Shown: positions 41,520-55,277 of the stretch, piece after piece
Layout of the letters: each line of letters starts with the position of its first letter
Numbering within the stretch: the stretch's first letter is position 1
Assembly: GCA_904063045.1 (NCBI GenBank)
Contig: CAJFCJ010000018.1
Span: 186,001-250,000 of the forward strand
Origin: Dimorphilus gyrociliatus
Lineage: Eukaryota; Animalia; Annelida
Length of the DNA stretch: 64,000 nt
Direction: 5' to 3'
Program-made: the position numbers and the translations under genes
Notes under the pieces: generated by a model
Seen by the model: the letters and a program-made list of their open reading frames with translations, nothing else
Databases searched by the model: none
What the model was told of the DNA's origin: nothing

Positions 41520-43991
41520 GTCGATCGAAGACAATTCGTTAGTAATTATGATATTTAGAAGATTTCTTGACATTTAAAAATTTTAGGACTAAGTAAAGAA
41601 ATTGCTCACTAGAACTATTTCAAAATCTTGATCCGAAAGTTTTAATCTCGTCATTTTTTGGGATCGACTCATTAAACCTTTAGTTGCATTTCCAGTGCTA
41701 TGAATATGAGCCTTGCTAATGTATTCCTGCATTATACTGAAAAGAGTAATAAGTAAAATAGCAGTTCCCTGTTTTGCTAATAATAATCGCTTACCTCAGT
41801 AAGTAATTTGAGAAAGCTTCATTACTTTGAAAAGTCTTTGACTTTATTTGGGCTTCTTTTAGCTTTCCAGCCTGATGAAGATGTAAAAAGAAACCTGTTA
41901 TTTCTAATATCATTAAATTTATGTGCCATCTAACGAATATTTACTCTAATGAAATATTGTACTAAGTTAGAGAATAGTAAGTAAATCTAATCTTCAATGA
42001 ATAGTTTTTATGAAGCTTCAATGGGCAAGCTTTGTAAGAAAAAAGCATTCTTTCGTACTTACATAATATTTTGAAACATTTGATCGATTTTGATCAGCAT
42101 CGAAAAAGAAGCAAATTTTCTGAAAACGTTCGCCAATTTCTATAATTTTCCCAGGATACCGTAATACACCAAGCAATTGGAAGCCTTCATCGATGAAATT
42201 CTCGACGCTAAATAAATTTTCAATTTGCTTTACTCTCTTCGAATGACTGAAATAGCAGGAAATTTGGTGTTAAGTCACATCTTGCGAAGAGTATTCTTAG
42301 AAGTAAATCAGATCACCTTGAATGTGGAAGTATACCAATGCTTAATGAACACAATAAATTCTTCAAACGTTTTTCGTCGTTGGAAATAATAATCAAGACT
42401 TTTCCAATTAACAGTGAATACATAAGGTCCGCAAAACATGAAGATGTTTTTGCAAAATGAAGTAAATTAGAATCGCTTATCCAACGATTTTCATTTTTGT
42501 CAAAATTTAAAGGTTTACAAATCCTCAAATATACATCTTCTTCAGGCATTGAAAAAGTCTAAAAAATAAAACGTTTAGATATATTCACGGCTACTACTAT
42601 CAGAGGAATTAAATCAAACTTTGTGTAAAGATTGCAAAACAGATAAAACTTGATTGAATTTTGGACATATAACATTCAAGGGTCTAAGGTGTTCTGCCAA
42701 TTCTTTTTTCTTTATGATCTTGTGAGTAAAGCTTGAATTGAACATTTTCCTCTGTTTTCCAACAGTCATTTCTTTCCCTAATTTTTGCTTAAAGAATAAA
42801 ATAAGTTTAAATTACGACTAGATTACACTTAAAAGTTTTTCTATACCATTTTCTTTACAAAGGAGTCAGCAATGATGTAAATCTCCGTTAAGGTATCCTT
42901 TACGGAGCTTACAGAATATTTGCTCAATTTTTGTTTTTCATTTTCAGATAAATTGGCACTTTTTTCTTCACACTCTACAAGTTCTTTAAGGAGTTAATAA
43001 ATGGTAATTCTATTTGGATAGCACATGACAAAAAATGTAAATACCAAGGGTATATTCTAAGTTGGTAATAAATTCTTGTAATTCTTTATCAAAGGTTTCA
43101 CCATTAGATTCATACATTATTCTTATTCCATCTTTTAAATAGGTATTAGTTATGATCGAGTAATAATTAAATAGCTTTCTGGAAGGACATTATGTTTTAA
43201 AACAAATCCAATTTTTTTGAAATTTTTGACATGACTTTACCTTCTATGACGAGATATATAACCAATGCAATAGGGTCTTACGAATCCTCTTGCCTCCACA
43301 TCATATAAAGTAACATGCTCAACCTTTTCAAGTCGGTAAGGAGATAAAATTTAATTAAAAATCTATCGACTTAAAAATATATTAATTTACCAAAGCATAC
43401 AAGCCCAGCTTGTTTTCTGTTAGAAACATTTGCATTTCTGTTCCGCTCTGTTCCGAAGTTGCTCTAATAATAATTAATATTAATCAAAAATAAAAGAGTC
43501 TAAAGTCTGATGAACAACTCATTATTTGTAAGTTTTAACATGATTCCTATATGAGTTACAAAATGATCTTTATAACCATTACTCAAAAAGCTAGCTATGA
43601 GATTAACTATAATTTATATGAACTAAGCATGAATTGACGATAGTAAAATTTGTGAAACATATAAACCTGCCTTGTTGCTGAATATCAACTGATACTATTT
43701 TTGTTACGAAATCATTAAGCAAGCTTGTATCACAATTGACGTTTTCAGGAATAGTCGCCTTTAAAAAAAAATCAATTATTAGGATCATGTTATACTGATA
43801 TTTTTTTAACTTACCACTAGCTTTGGTCCTTCTTGTTCAGAAAAGGCAGCAATTAAAACAAAATCGGTTACTTCAAAATCAAGTATAGCAGATTGTTGGT
43901 TATTGTAGTTTTGGACGTAGAACGAAGGTAGTGCTTCTTTTCCGGAATCTGAAACTCTCCTAAGGAAGGTATTGCCGTCAAACATTGCCAC
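41520..43991 (-). CDS. SMCR8: SMCR8 (longin/DENN partner of C9orf72); 3' end approximate
   Basis: The segments DFVLIAAFSEQEGPK..TIP..LNDFVTKIVSVD and HVTLYDVEARGFVRPYCIGYIS match the SMCR8 longin domain. The DENN-like exon has SLLIGKVLII. Confidence 0.85.
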
Positions 43992-44124
43992 TTTTTGGAT
44001 TTATGTGAATCTTTGTTAAATGTGTTGTTTTCATAGGGAGGATTACAGTACTTCAAGACGCTTTAAGAGTACAACTATTCTAAACTCTCAGAGTACATTT
44101 CTGTACGGTTCCCGAAATTCGCCA

Positions 44125-45698
44125 ATGTCCTATAGAGTTAACACACTTTTAAAATTTGGTTTTCGGCGACGGTATTGCACGAAAACGATAGAAAAATATG
44201 TACCCAGGAGAGCATTAATGTATGTACCCGGAGATGATGAAAAGAAATTGAAAAAAGTTGAATCATTGGATGTAGATTGTATAGTAATGAATTGTGAAGA
44301 TGGAGTCGCAGCAAACAGAAAAGTAGTGTATTAATTTGTGAGAAAAAAATTTAAAACGACGCCAATTAAACTACTTTTCATGCAATAACATACATGACAT
44401 GAAATATATGTGTTTATGTTCAGGAGGAAGCAAGAAGGACAATTAGGAAGGTGCTTGGAGAATTACAATTTAAGAGAGCTGAATGTGCAGTACGTGTGAA
44501 TGCTCTTTCTTCAAATTTGACCGAAGATGATCTTGGTGTTATCCTGTTGTCGGAGAGGCTTCCAGAAGCAATTGTTCTACCTAAAGTTGAAACTGTGGAG
44601 GACTTAAACCTGGTTAGTTAGTGCAGTTTAAATTCTGAACATGGTATAAATTTAATTAAACTTTTAGAAATATTGAATATAGGAGGATTGAATTAGTTAT
44701 CTTAATATCAATATTTGCTAATTTCCGATTATGTTTTATTAGTTCGAAAGTATGACAAGGTTCAAACTACGTGACCGAAAACTTCAGAATCCATTTCGAT
44801 TGATTTTTATGATAGAGAGCGCGATTGGATTGATTAACATGAAAGATATAGCGAAAGCTGCCAATTCTCTCCGTGAAAGAGGAGTTTTTTGTGCAGAAGC
44901 CGTAATATTTGGAAGCGATGACTTTATCGCAGACATTGGTTTGACATTTCTATTACATTATTTCTGAGATGCAATTTTACAATCCATTTAGGGGCATCAA
45001 AGGAGGAAAATTTGGCGAACCTAGTCTATGTTCGGCAGAAAATTGTTACAATTGCTAAGGCATTTAATTTACAAGCCATTGACGCAGTCCATATAAATCT
45101 TAAAGGTAAAACTATTATCTTAACATGGACGAATATCTTCTCAGACATTAATTGGAAATTATACTTTTCTTAAGACGACTTAGGTTTAAAAACTATAAGT
45201 GAAGAAGGAGCTGCACTAGGTTTTACTGGAAAACAAGTTATCCATCCAGCTCAAATTGATATTGTCCAAAAGGCTTTTTCACCCTCGGAGGAGAAAGTTA
45301 ATGAAGCAAAGCGTTTGATAGAAGCTTACAATGAACATCAGCTCTCCGGAAAGGTAAAAGTACCCAATTTCATTAGCATACAATGTATAGTCTAGATTCA
45401 TTAACCTAATGGTAAACATAAATCAAGTTTTGCCCAATGATTCATGTTATCATTAACAATAGCTGGTGACAAGAACTCATAAATATATATATATATACAT
45501 GTATATATATTAGTACGTATTTGTTATTTATTATCAATGTCATTATGTATCACATGTTGTAATATTTAAATATTATTGCATCGTCTTTTTTGATTTTTTT
45601 AGGGTGCTTTCACTTTTCGCCAGAAAATGATCGATAGGCCCCTGCTACTGCAAGCAGAACAACTGATATCGATGAGTGAGGCTTTAAAGTTATCTTAA
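44125..45698 (+). CDS. CLYBL: Citramalyl-CoA lyase, mitochondrial (citrate lyase beta-like)
   Basis: It has a basic mitochondrial-type leader, then YVPRRALMYVPGDDEKKL..VDCIVMNCEDGVAANRK, ECAVRVN, LPKVE, IESAIGLIN..FGSDDFIADIG, GFTGKQVIHPAQI and GAFTF..MIDRP. Confidence 0.95.
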
Positions 45699-47104
45699 AA
45701 AGCAACTATTTTCTAAAATTTGACACAAATTCTGAATAAAAGGCAATAATTACTAATCTAAATATTTTTTTTTTAAATAATACTACATTTAAGATTAATA
45801 TATTAGTAAAATAACTTAGACTGAAACTAATCTAAGCTGTCATCAAAGACAAGAGATTCAAATTTAATTCATGACGTCTCCACAACCTTGTGAATTACCA
45901 CTGGGATCTTTAGCTGGTTAACGTAAATTTATCGATATGCATCAAATGCTATTTTTATACACAAAGTGTTTTACTTAAATTTTGAGGCATCAGACTTATT
46001 ATATAACATATAATAGCATGGCAGTGAAATAGCTTATGATTGGAAGAACACAGGAAATATCGCTAATTAGCCTCAATTTTTATAATGATTTGAATTTTTT
46101 TTACAGAAATTATAAGTTTTATTTCGATAGTAGCATGTTTCAATATTTCCAACTTTCAAAATCTATTTTTATTTTCGAATTATGTAAGTAGTGGCCTGGA
46201 ATTCATTTTAAACTCAATTAAAATAATAAGGTAAAAGAATATGACCGAACTAAAATATTCATAAGGTACAAACAGTCGATAGATTTTATAGTTGTAGGAC
46301 GACCAAGCAAAAAGGGAAAAAACTTGAACAAACTATTTGCTTACAGGAAATATAGATATAGAAATATTAAGATAATTTATATTGTATTTAAGAGCATAAA
46401 TATATAAATATAGGTATAGTCAGTCGTAATTGATTATTCTAAACGAAATCCTAGCCTGCAGAGAAATTTTTGTATCTTGAACTTAAAAGAACTTTATTTC
46501 AGCAGTAAACTTTTATTAGTAAATTTTTAACTTTGTTTTTAATAAGTAATAGGTTGTTATTTTGAGACAGTTAGGAGGATTGGCTGTTGAATACATTTTT
46601 ATAATAAATTATAAGCATGTGAAAGATTATATTTATGTGTGTTTACTGCTCAGGATACCGAAAGGAAGTTATATGACAAGGCACTCTGTCGTATCCCTTG
46701 TGACTCAAGTAGATTAATATGTCTTTAGGTTATTTCTTCTTCTGGAAAATCAATGACTAAAGGAGTTCGGCTTTTGCATTGAAAAATATCTCTAGATATA
46801 TCAGAATTTAAAATAAAAAATTGTTCACGAAAAGACGAGTAAAATAATTATAAAAAGAATCTTTTAGAAATAGAGCCAAAAATATTTTACTCTTAAATAC
46901 TATACAACTTTAAACACATAAAAAACTCATTTAGACAAGGCAACAAATAAACATGATGATTCTTAATATAGGTGATTAGAAATTTAAAAACTTCCTATAA
47001 ATCCTGAAAGTATATAAAACATCGCAAAACCATACCAAAATTATACCATCCCATAACCAGTGAAACAGCTTCTTCTATGGGCGGATGAATCATTAATAAT
47101 AACC

Positions 47105-48795
47105 TTATGTTCGAATTTTACGCAGAATTGAAGTTTTTGCCCTATAATCCCCATTTAGTTTTTGATAGCGATCTTCTGACCTGATAAAAGGTGAGTTCAA
47201 ACATTAAGTTTTTCCATAAATGTTTATAAATACATACCTTAAATAGCTGCATCAGTAAGATCGCAGAAAGATACACAAATTCAAGTTAATGAAATTGGGG
47301 CAATAGTTCTTTATACAACAATTACGATAAAAATAGACTAGAATGTGCCGAAAAGTACTTAATAAAAACGTACTAAATAAAATTGTGTTGACAAGAACAT
47401 GCATTTATTCATGCACCAAAATCTCAATGCCAAAATACATTTGACAATATTAAAAACACTCACAGTCTTAACGCTTTGCAGTTACAGTCTTGCATCGGTG
47501 AACTTCTATAAATGTTAATGTAGCCACATGCATATATAAATAAATGCAAAATAACTATTGCACTGATTATCTCACCTAGTCATATTTGAATTGAGTGATG
47601 AGTGAGAGAATGTTGACTCCGTTTGAGTGGAAGCCGACGAAATACAATGCTGATTTCGCAATTGCTTTTTCAAAAGTTCATTCTCTTTTTCTAGTTCATG
47701 AATTCTCCTCTCCCTATCGAGGTATCCTTCTAAATCCTCCGATTCATTTAAGCACCTCTTTAATTTCAAAAGTAGCGTTTTTAACCCAGTAACATCGCTG
47801 ACGACATGATTATAAATAGAAGCATCTAGTTCAATAGAATTATGGGGACTCTCAGCCATAGGGGGTGGAAAAGAAAACGTTCTTCCTGTTCTCCTATAAA
47901 AGAACAACTATTATTTAATATTATAATTTCGTAAGTACTCAATAAACTACCTTGTACTTATAGAAGAAGCATGATTGTCTATTACTGCGGAAGACCCATT
48001 TGTGTAAGTTGATATTTCTCCAACATCGTCATAGTCATCCATTAGATCATCAGAATTCAAAGTCAAATCCTCAGCTTGAGCTAATGGCGGTAATGGCTTT
48101 TTTACTTCTGTTTTGGATGAATTTTTCAGATTATGCGTTTCAGCTACAAATACATTATCGTCCGCAGACTTTTTCAACGAAAGTTCTTTTGGCCGAATAA
48201 TAGCAGGCTTTGATATAGTTGTCTTTAGCGGTTTCAATTTTGATTGAAACGTTTCTCTCTGACTGTTATCTTTAGCAACATTTTTTTCTACTGTTGTTTC
48301 TTTTTCTTTGTTGAGTGGAAGACGTTTCTCATCACGACTAGATTTTGCATGAACTTTTGATAGGCTAGTCGGAGATTTAAGTTTTGTATTGCACTTTAAG
48401 GGAATAGGCGCTTTTGCACTATTAGAGTTAGATGAAACGGAGTTCTTAGCTGACTTTCCAAATGAAAATAACTTGGATATTGATTTTATTCTCGATTTGC
48501 TTCCGTTATTCTTGGCTTTTGAAGGTTCTTTTATAGAATCAACTGAGGTATTTTCACTTAAAGTTTCTTTGCTGCATGCAGTCATGGAACTAGCATCATC
48601 AATCATTTTTATTTCAGTTTCAGGTATGAATGCATTTTTTGTATTGGATTTGCTATCTCCGTTATCTTTCAGTCTATGAAGTGCTGTTTTGGGAGCAGGG
48701 AGGCGTGATTTAGGTTTTACCAATTTTGACTGGCGGCTATTCGCAATTTCCATATAAGACGTATTTTTCTTCTCCATGCTGGGGTTACAGCCCAT
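47105..48795 (-). CDS. Serine-rich coiled-coil protein, CCSER1/2 (FAM190)-like; the last exon (47180-47105) and the start are tentative
   Basis: The basic Ser-rich N-terminal exon contains SRLP. The next exon has SDVTGLKTLLLKLKRCLNE followed by a coiled coil, resembling the conserved CCSER C-terminal motif. The splice at 47950-47897 is in frame. Confidence 0.6.
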
Positions 48796-49589
48796 GTGAA
48801 ACTAACAGAAATCTGACAAATTTATGACAAAACAAAAAACTTAAATAAAATATTGCGTCGAAAAACAGATTCAAGACAGAATGGTTAAAGACTTACACAA
48901 ATTAAGCCATATAGTTTATATCAATTTCAATATTGATTAAGTCATTCAAAAAAAAATGAAGTTTTTCAGCAAAAAATACTAAGATAAGTTTGATACAGAT
49001 TATCTAGCAAAAAGTGAGGCCACGGTCAAGGTAGGAAAAATTAAATGGTTGCTTATAAACTGGTTCCCGTCAACGGAAATGTCTCTGAAATAAAAAATTT
49101 TCACAAATTATTCGTCTGTCTTACAAGCAACCCTAGCCTCGAAGTTTATTCATTTAAAATCCTACAATCAAAATGATATACTGTATATTAATAATATTTG
49201 ATATAATCAATGATTAGGTAAGGAATGTGTTACGTAAATAGGGACTGTTTTTGCAACCATTTTAAAAACTGGCGCAAAATTGTTTTAACGAACTGTCTTC
49301 AGTAGTCTATTTACTGTTTCTACGCATCTTGTCAAATTATTAAAGATAAAACAAAGTAATTTTATAAAAGGTGATTATGTATGTATCTATTGTAAACAAT
49401 ACGAGAAATCTAGTATCTCCTGAACGGTATAATGTCAAATTTTAAATGTATGTCGTGCAGTTCTGTCTTTTCGTGCGTCATAGAAAGTAGCCAAATTTGT
49501 CAAGTGAAGGCACAGTGCTGCATTTGAAACCAGGTGGTTTATAACTAACTCTTCGTATGTTACAGTTGATATAAGACACTGTACCAGTT

Positions 49590-50468
49590 ATGAACACTGA
49601 TCGTAAAAGAAATACTCAGGAACTAAAAGCAACTTGGAGGAGGCTATGGGCTGAAATTTATTTAACTAAGAGAGAGGTTTTTTTTCATTTTCTTTTCATT
49701 AATTAACTTAATTCTCAATTTTATATATTTTTTAAATAAACAACTTCATTCAGCCGGCAGATAGCGGAGGTGCGTAACGATAAATATTTTAAAATTAGTT
49801 TAATGATTTAAATTTTAGATACCATAACTGCGAATTGTAAGGGTGCACTAGTAATCACTTACAAAGGAGAAAAAGAATTGTTACAGTATATTAATGAATC
49901 TGTTCAAACAGAATTAAAAAATTTGGAAACGTAAGATGACCAATAAACTTTGATTTTTAGAAATTAACTCTTTCACTTCATAAGGGAGAAAAAGATTCAC
50001 ACAGACTTAATTGCTTGTAAAAACATGCTGGAAAAGCAAATGGAGGAAGCAAATGAAGAGCAAATTCAAATGAATAATCCCGTCAGTGAAAAGTTAGTAA
50101 TTACAATATCGTGATTTCGCTTGGCATTATTTTCGGTTTTAATTAAAAGAATGAACAAGTTTGAGAATCAAGCTAAATTTTTACGAAGAAACAATAAATC
50201 CATAGGACAAGCAACGGTTAATATTACCCTAATAATTTTCTAAAATTAAGCAGTTTTTTATCTCTAGAAAAAATTTGTGAGAGAAAGATACAACCAAGAA
50301 ACTTTAACGGTACTGATTGAAATTATAGATAAAGCTTTAAGAGCTCCCCATGATCCCTACGTCAAGCTTGATAACGAGAGTGAAACTGTTATAAATTTAT
50401 CTAGTATAATCCAACAACATCCTGAAAATTCTTCGCTGTTTAAGCTCTTGCCTTTTGATATGCACTAA
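49590..50468 (+). CDS. CENPK: Centromere protein K-like (CCAN), 6 exons
   Basis: Six exons join with consistent phases into about 195 aa of coiled coil ending LIEIIDKALRAPHDPYVKL..IIQQHPENSSLFKLLPF. This resembles the CENP-K C-terminus (..PHDPYVKI..IALRHPED..IRLEAF). Confidence 0.75.
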
Positions 50469-50557
50469 GATACAAGTCATATCGTTACGTGTATTTTTTT
50501 AGAGGACAAATACGTTTGACAGCTTGTGTACCGTTTGTAATGAAAATATATAAGTTC

Positions 50558-52070
50558 TTAGTGAATATGTGTACTGGTCGAATTGTTTGGTATCTGTAAA
50601 AAGCTTTCAACTGGATTGGGTAAAGGTCTATTGCTGAAGTCAATTGTCCTAGGCCCATTAGGCACCAATTCTTCATAGCTTGATGAAACTGCAAAAGGCT
50701 GAGTTCTCGTTTCTTGATCATCGCGAATCGAATCACATCTAGTAAATGTACGAAAATGTTTTTCTTGTTTGGCTCTTTTTCTACTGCAAGATTTAGACAA
50801 AAATGAACTTTAATGAGTGTTTAATATATGATAACATTCACGTGAGTGATTATTACCATATTCTTTATTTTCAGTGAAAGTGATTTTAATCAATTTATTA
50901 TAGTTATTGTATTCTAAAACGATACCTAGATTTTCTAAACTTTTGTCCTTGTGAACAGGCAATGAGAGCGCTAAACATGATAACAAGTAGAACGCATATT
51001 CCTATGCCGATAGCAACCCACATTCCATTATCAACAAATTTGTCCCAAAAAGTTTTATGATCATCTTTATTTGATTTTTTCTTTCCTTTTGTTTTCTTTC
51101 TAGCGCAGTTCGTAGATGTTTCATAAGAGCAAACGAAGGGCAGTTGCATCTTACAATCTTTATTCAGCCAAAAATCTGTATCCTTATTTTTTGTAATTGC
51201 TAAACATTTACCTGAGCTACTTGGGTAAGAGTCTCCCCAAGCTTGATATACCAGCAAACTTCCTAAGAATACAGATTTAATATTAATTCATTCTGAATTT
51301 TTCATAATATAAAATAATATACCAGATCCCTTCCAATTAAACCAAGAGTTGCTTAACCCAATCCAAAACCTATTGATGGTTTTGGATATTGGCTCCATTA
51401 ATTTGTAAAAGTTGCTAATTTTATGTAAAGGTTTATTAATAACAATTAGAGATCCTCCGTCCTCTGAACAAACTTCAAACGCTCGGAAAAAGCTTAACTT
51501 TTTAATATGAAATGTCAAACACTTATCCTCAACAAGAGTTTGTTTATCATTATTACAAAATCCTGTGTCTTCTAGAAAATTATAATACAAGTAACATAAT
51601 TTGTTATAATATTTCTGGCAATGCAGTGTTTTACCTGAAATATTGGCAGTAACGGTATGTTGGCAAAAGAATGGATATTCTGAAGTACAATCTTCCCATG
51701 ACCAATCGTAATTTTCATTTACATCAGAGGCAACGCACATTACTTTTTTAAGTTTATATTCTGACTTCCAAGCTGTGTAATTATATTTGGACATATCATC
51801 TTCTCCATTCCAACGTAAGCTTTTTTTAATGTTCGCTCCCAGCCACATAGTCGAAATGTTTTGAATCTCTAAGATGGCTGCGCTAAAAGAACGTTCTGAA
51901 TCATTTTTAACTTCCCACACCATACCTCCACGACTCCTGCAAGTTTTAACTGCTCTTCTCCAGGTTAAAGGTTGAGAAATAACTTCAATAGATCGATTGG
52001 ACAATTGTACATCAAATGCTTCATTTTGACAAATAAATAATAATATTATGGTTGAAAACATTGTGCACAC
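50558..52070 (-). CDS. Type I membrane receptor with two C-type lectin-like domains
   Basis: It has a signal peptide, CTLD1 (LTWRRA..C..WLG..W..C.SEYPFFC), CTLD2 (FWIGL..C..W.NKDC...LPFVC), a TM segment (MWVAIGIGICVLLVIMFSALIAC) and a cytoplasmic tail in exon 50773-50558. Confidence 0.9.
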
Positions 52071-52394
52071 TCTGACAAACTGCCAACGCCTTGTTCATGA
52101 GAAGCATCACGTGGTTTCTATTTTTTAATAATTTGATTCACAAGAAGAATAGAGATGACGCTGACTAGAATAAAATAACTATTGGATAAAATTTCAAGTT
52201 TTTCATCATCAATGTTGATAAGTAGCGAAGCTACAAATAAGAATGGATGAATTGGTCTTTGAATATCTCACAGTTCTCACCATAAGCCTATGTTATGCAG
52301 TTCGTCATTCTTTGTTGAAAGGTTTTTGTTGAACCTTATTTATTTGAATATTATACAGTTAAACGTATTGTTAAATCTCTACTTTCAAGATCTA

Positions 52395-54316
52395 ATGGAA
52401 ACTCTAAGACTTTGTACTTCAATAATACTAGTGATTGGATTATTAGTAACTAAAACAACAACTGGTATTTAATATATATTAGTAATATATATGTACATTT
52501 ACCTAACTTGTATAGATAGCTTTTATTATATGTTTCATACATAACTAGCAAGTATTTGAATCCCATTTTCAATTGCTACCTTAGAATTCAATTGTTCGGA
52601 AAGCAATCAATCACTTTGCTCTATGATACCTTCAATAAAACTTGACTGGTTTTCGGCAGTGGATTATTGCTCAAACTTGAACTCCACTTTGTATATTCAC
52701 GAAGATTTGCTATTGAAGGAGGATTATGAAGAACTCTGGATTGGCTTGTCTAAAAGAATTGAAAGAAACTGGACATGGATTAACAATCAAGGTTGTCCTT
52801 CTATACTAATTTTATGTTTTTGTATTAGGTTGCTACAATTGTGTTTAATGCTTTATTTTATAACCATTTTTTTACTAAGCGAATTTATCGCCATCTTCAG
52901 GTTATACAGTATTATAATAATAATATTTATAAAAACCAATATCCTACATTCATCAGCCCCTAGTCTCTGCTTGTTTTTCTATTTCTTTAAGAACATTCCC
53001 AGAGTTGTAAAGCATCAATATGACTATTAGGTCTTTTGTACGATTATATATTATTTAACAAGGCATATAAAATAAATAGTACATACAAATAGGGTAAGGG
53101 TAATATTTTATTGATCGTTTCAGTTTTTATTAAAAGTATATGGTTGAAATTGCCAAAAAGTACGTTCCAGAATGCTAATTGTGGGCATCTCAACCAATTT
53201 AAGTCATATGAGCTAACTGCTAAAGCGTGCGCTTGGCCGCTATCGTTCGTATGCCAATATTCTTTAAACTCTTCAAACTGTTTGACTGTGGGAAAACTGA
53301 AACCTTTAAAGATAGAACAACTTCAAAAGTGTATAGTATTCTACAATACGCCTCTACTTGCATGGTCAGTTGCCAAAAATTATTGCAAAGAAAGAAACGG
53401 TTGCCTTCTTATAATTGAAAGTGAAGAAGAATTTATAGAGATAAATCGAACAGCTTATGGCCAAAAAGTACAAGATCGTATTAATGGTTACTGGATTGGA
53501 CTCTTCCGAGAGCAATGGATATGGTTGGATGGTAGTATTTTCGTTTGAACAAGCTTTCGATTTTATATTTGAGGTCATTATTCAGGTCAAATTCCCAAAA
53601 CGACAAATTGGGAAGAAAGTAGGCCTGCTGGGCAGGGAAATTGTGCATTGTACAAAAAATATTCTGGTATTTTTAAGTGGTCTGATTCAGACTGTAATGA
53701 CAAGAAGAACTTTATTTGTGTAAAAGGTAAAATAGCGTTTTAAGACGTTCACCTTTTATTACTTTTTTCTTCTTGAGCAGACCAGAGGACGTATAATCTA
53801 AAAACAACTCAACAAACGACTGTCAGTCTATCATTCACGAGTACAACTGGGAGCTTCATTAATATTACTGGAAAGAGTTCATCGATTAACTTTCAATCAA
53901 CAGTACAAGCATTCTCAAGCAAAATATCCTCAACAACAACAGGTAGTTTAGCAGAAATTACGAAAAAGAAGTCGAATAATGCGGTTATAATATCAATTAC
54001 CTTATCAGTATTTGGTCTTCTCTGTGCCTTTATAGCTATAGTGATTGTTCTAAAAATTGTTAAATCTAGGGACTGTTTTAAAAAAGATAAAGCCGATTTA
54101 GGAACTTCATTAAAAAGCTTATCTATAAATTTTTCTTCAACTAAAAGTCTTACCTCCTCATCGCAAAAAGTACCAACTCTTGAGACTTTCTCTGGGTTAA
54201 TTATGCAAGAAGATTCTTTAAGTCAAGCTTTCAAATTATCCGATGGTTCAACTCAGGAAAATAATGACGAATTTGATTTAAGGAAAGAAGACAATGACTT
54301 GACAGTATTTTATTAA
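52395..54316 (+). CDS. Type I membrane receptor with two C-type lectin-like domains and a Ser/Thr-rich stalk (alternative start at 52243 possible)
   Basis: The signal peptide METLRLCTSIILVIGLLVTKTTT is followed by DWFSAVDYC..LWIGL, C..PLSFVC, WSVAKNYC..YWIGL and W.DSDC..KKNFIC, then a Ser/Thr-rich stalk and the TM segment AVIISITLSVFGLLCAFIAIVIVL. Confidence 0.88.
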
Positions 54317-55277
54317 GTTAAGATCGTTTTATATCGTATATATTTCTTTTAAACATGTCTACTTTTGGACAAAAGTTATTTATTTCAACAATAAAAATTA
54401 TACGAGTTAACTCAAGTAAACTCGATACTAAATAGTAAACAAACAGAGACAACTCAAAAGATGTTTTATAGCTTCTTGTTCTATCATCTAGTCATATATA
54501 TATACTGTATATAGAGATATAATATATATGTATGCATCACTTGCTGCGCAATTTCCGTTTTTAATCTTATCCTCAAGAAGATTTCCGTGAAATGAGTATC
54601 ATTCGTAAAACGATTATGCTATTTCACCCTTTAGTAATTAATATTGACTTTCTCTGGTTGCTCTATTTCAAGCTTGTTATCTAGTTTCTTTTCGGCAAAT
54701 AACGGTATAAATAGCTGAAGAATTATTCTAAAATAAATCAAAGTAATGGTTTTTATAATCCACAAGATATTTTCATTTTTTTGGATGTAAAATAAATACT
54801 TGTTTCATGCGTTTTAATGTAAAATTACACCTAATGGGGAATCATAAAACTGGAAATAGAAAAAAAAACTGAATTGATACTATAAAAAGCCTGTTAAGAT
54901 TGTGGAAATGTACAAAGAACGAATGTGAGGCGGCGTTGATGTCTATTTTCTCTTAAAAATTTTTTTTAGTGATAAACTTTAGATGTATCCATTCGGATTT
55001 TTGTGGACAACTTTATCATCATTTTTTTACTTTTTTGAAAATATATGTAAGTATAAATATAATTAACTTTCAGCATGTTTACATTCTGGAGAAAAAATGT
55101 TATTGTAATACAAAGAAATTTTTGTAATTAACGTCTAATTTTTACGAAATCTCTTTTTAGTTTATACCTATTAAGTTTGTCAGATCATTTATTTATTAAT
55201 ATAACTCTTGATATTTAAAAGACATTTAAATTTCTCTGGTGTATTTTTATTATTTTACTGATCTTCAAATTGAACAG

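Noticed and set aside
42895-42905. GTATCCTT U12-type donor motif (also at 47722)
   Set aside because: These are on the non-coding strand of the host genes; no minor-class intron is supported.
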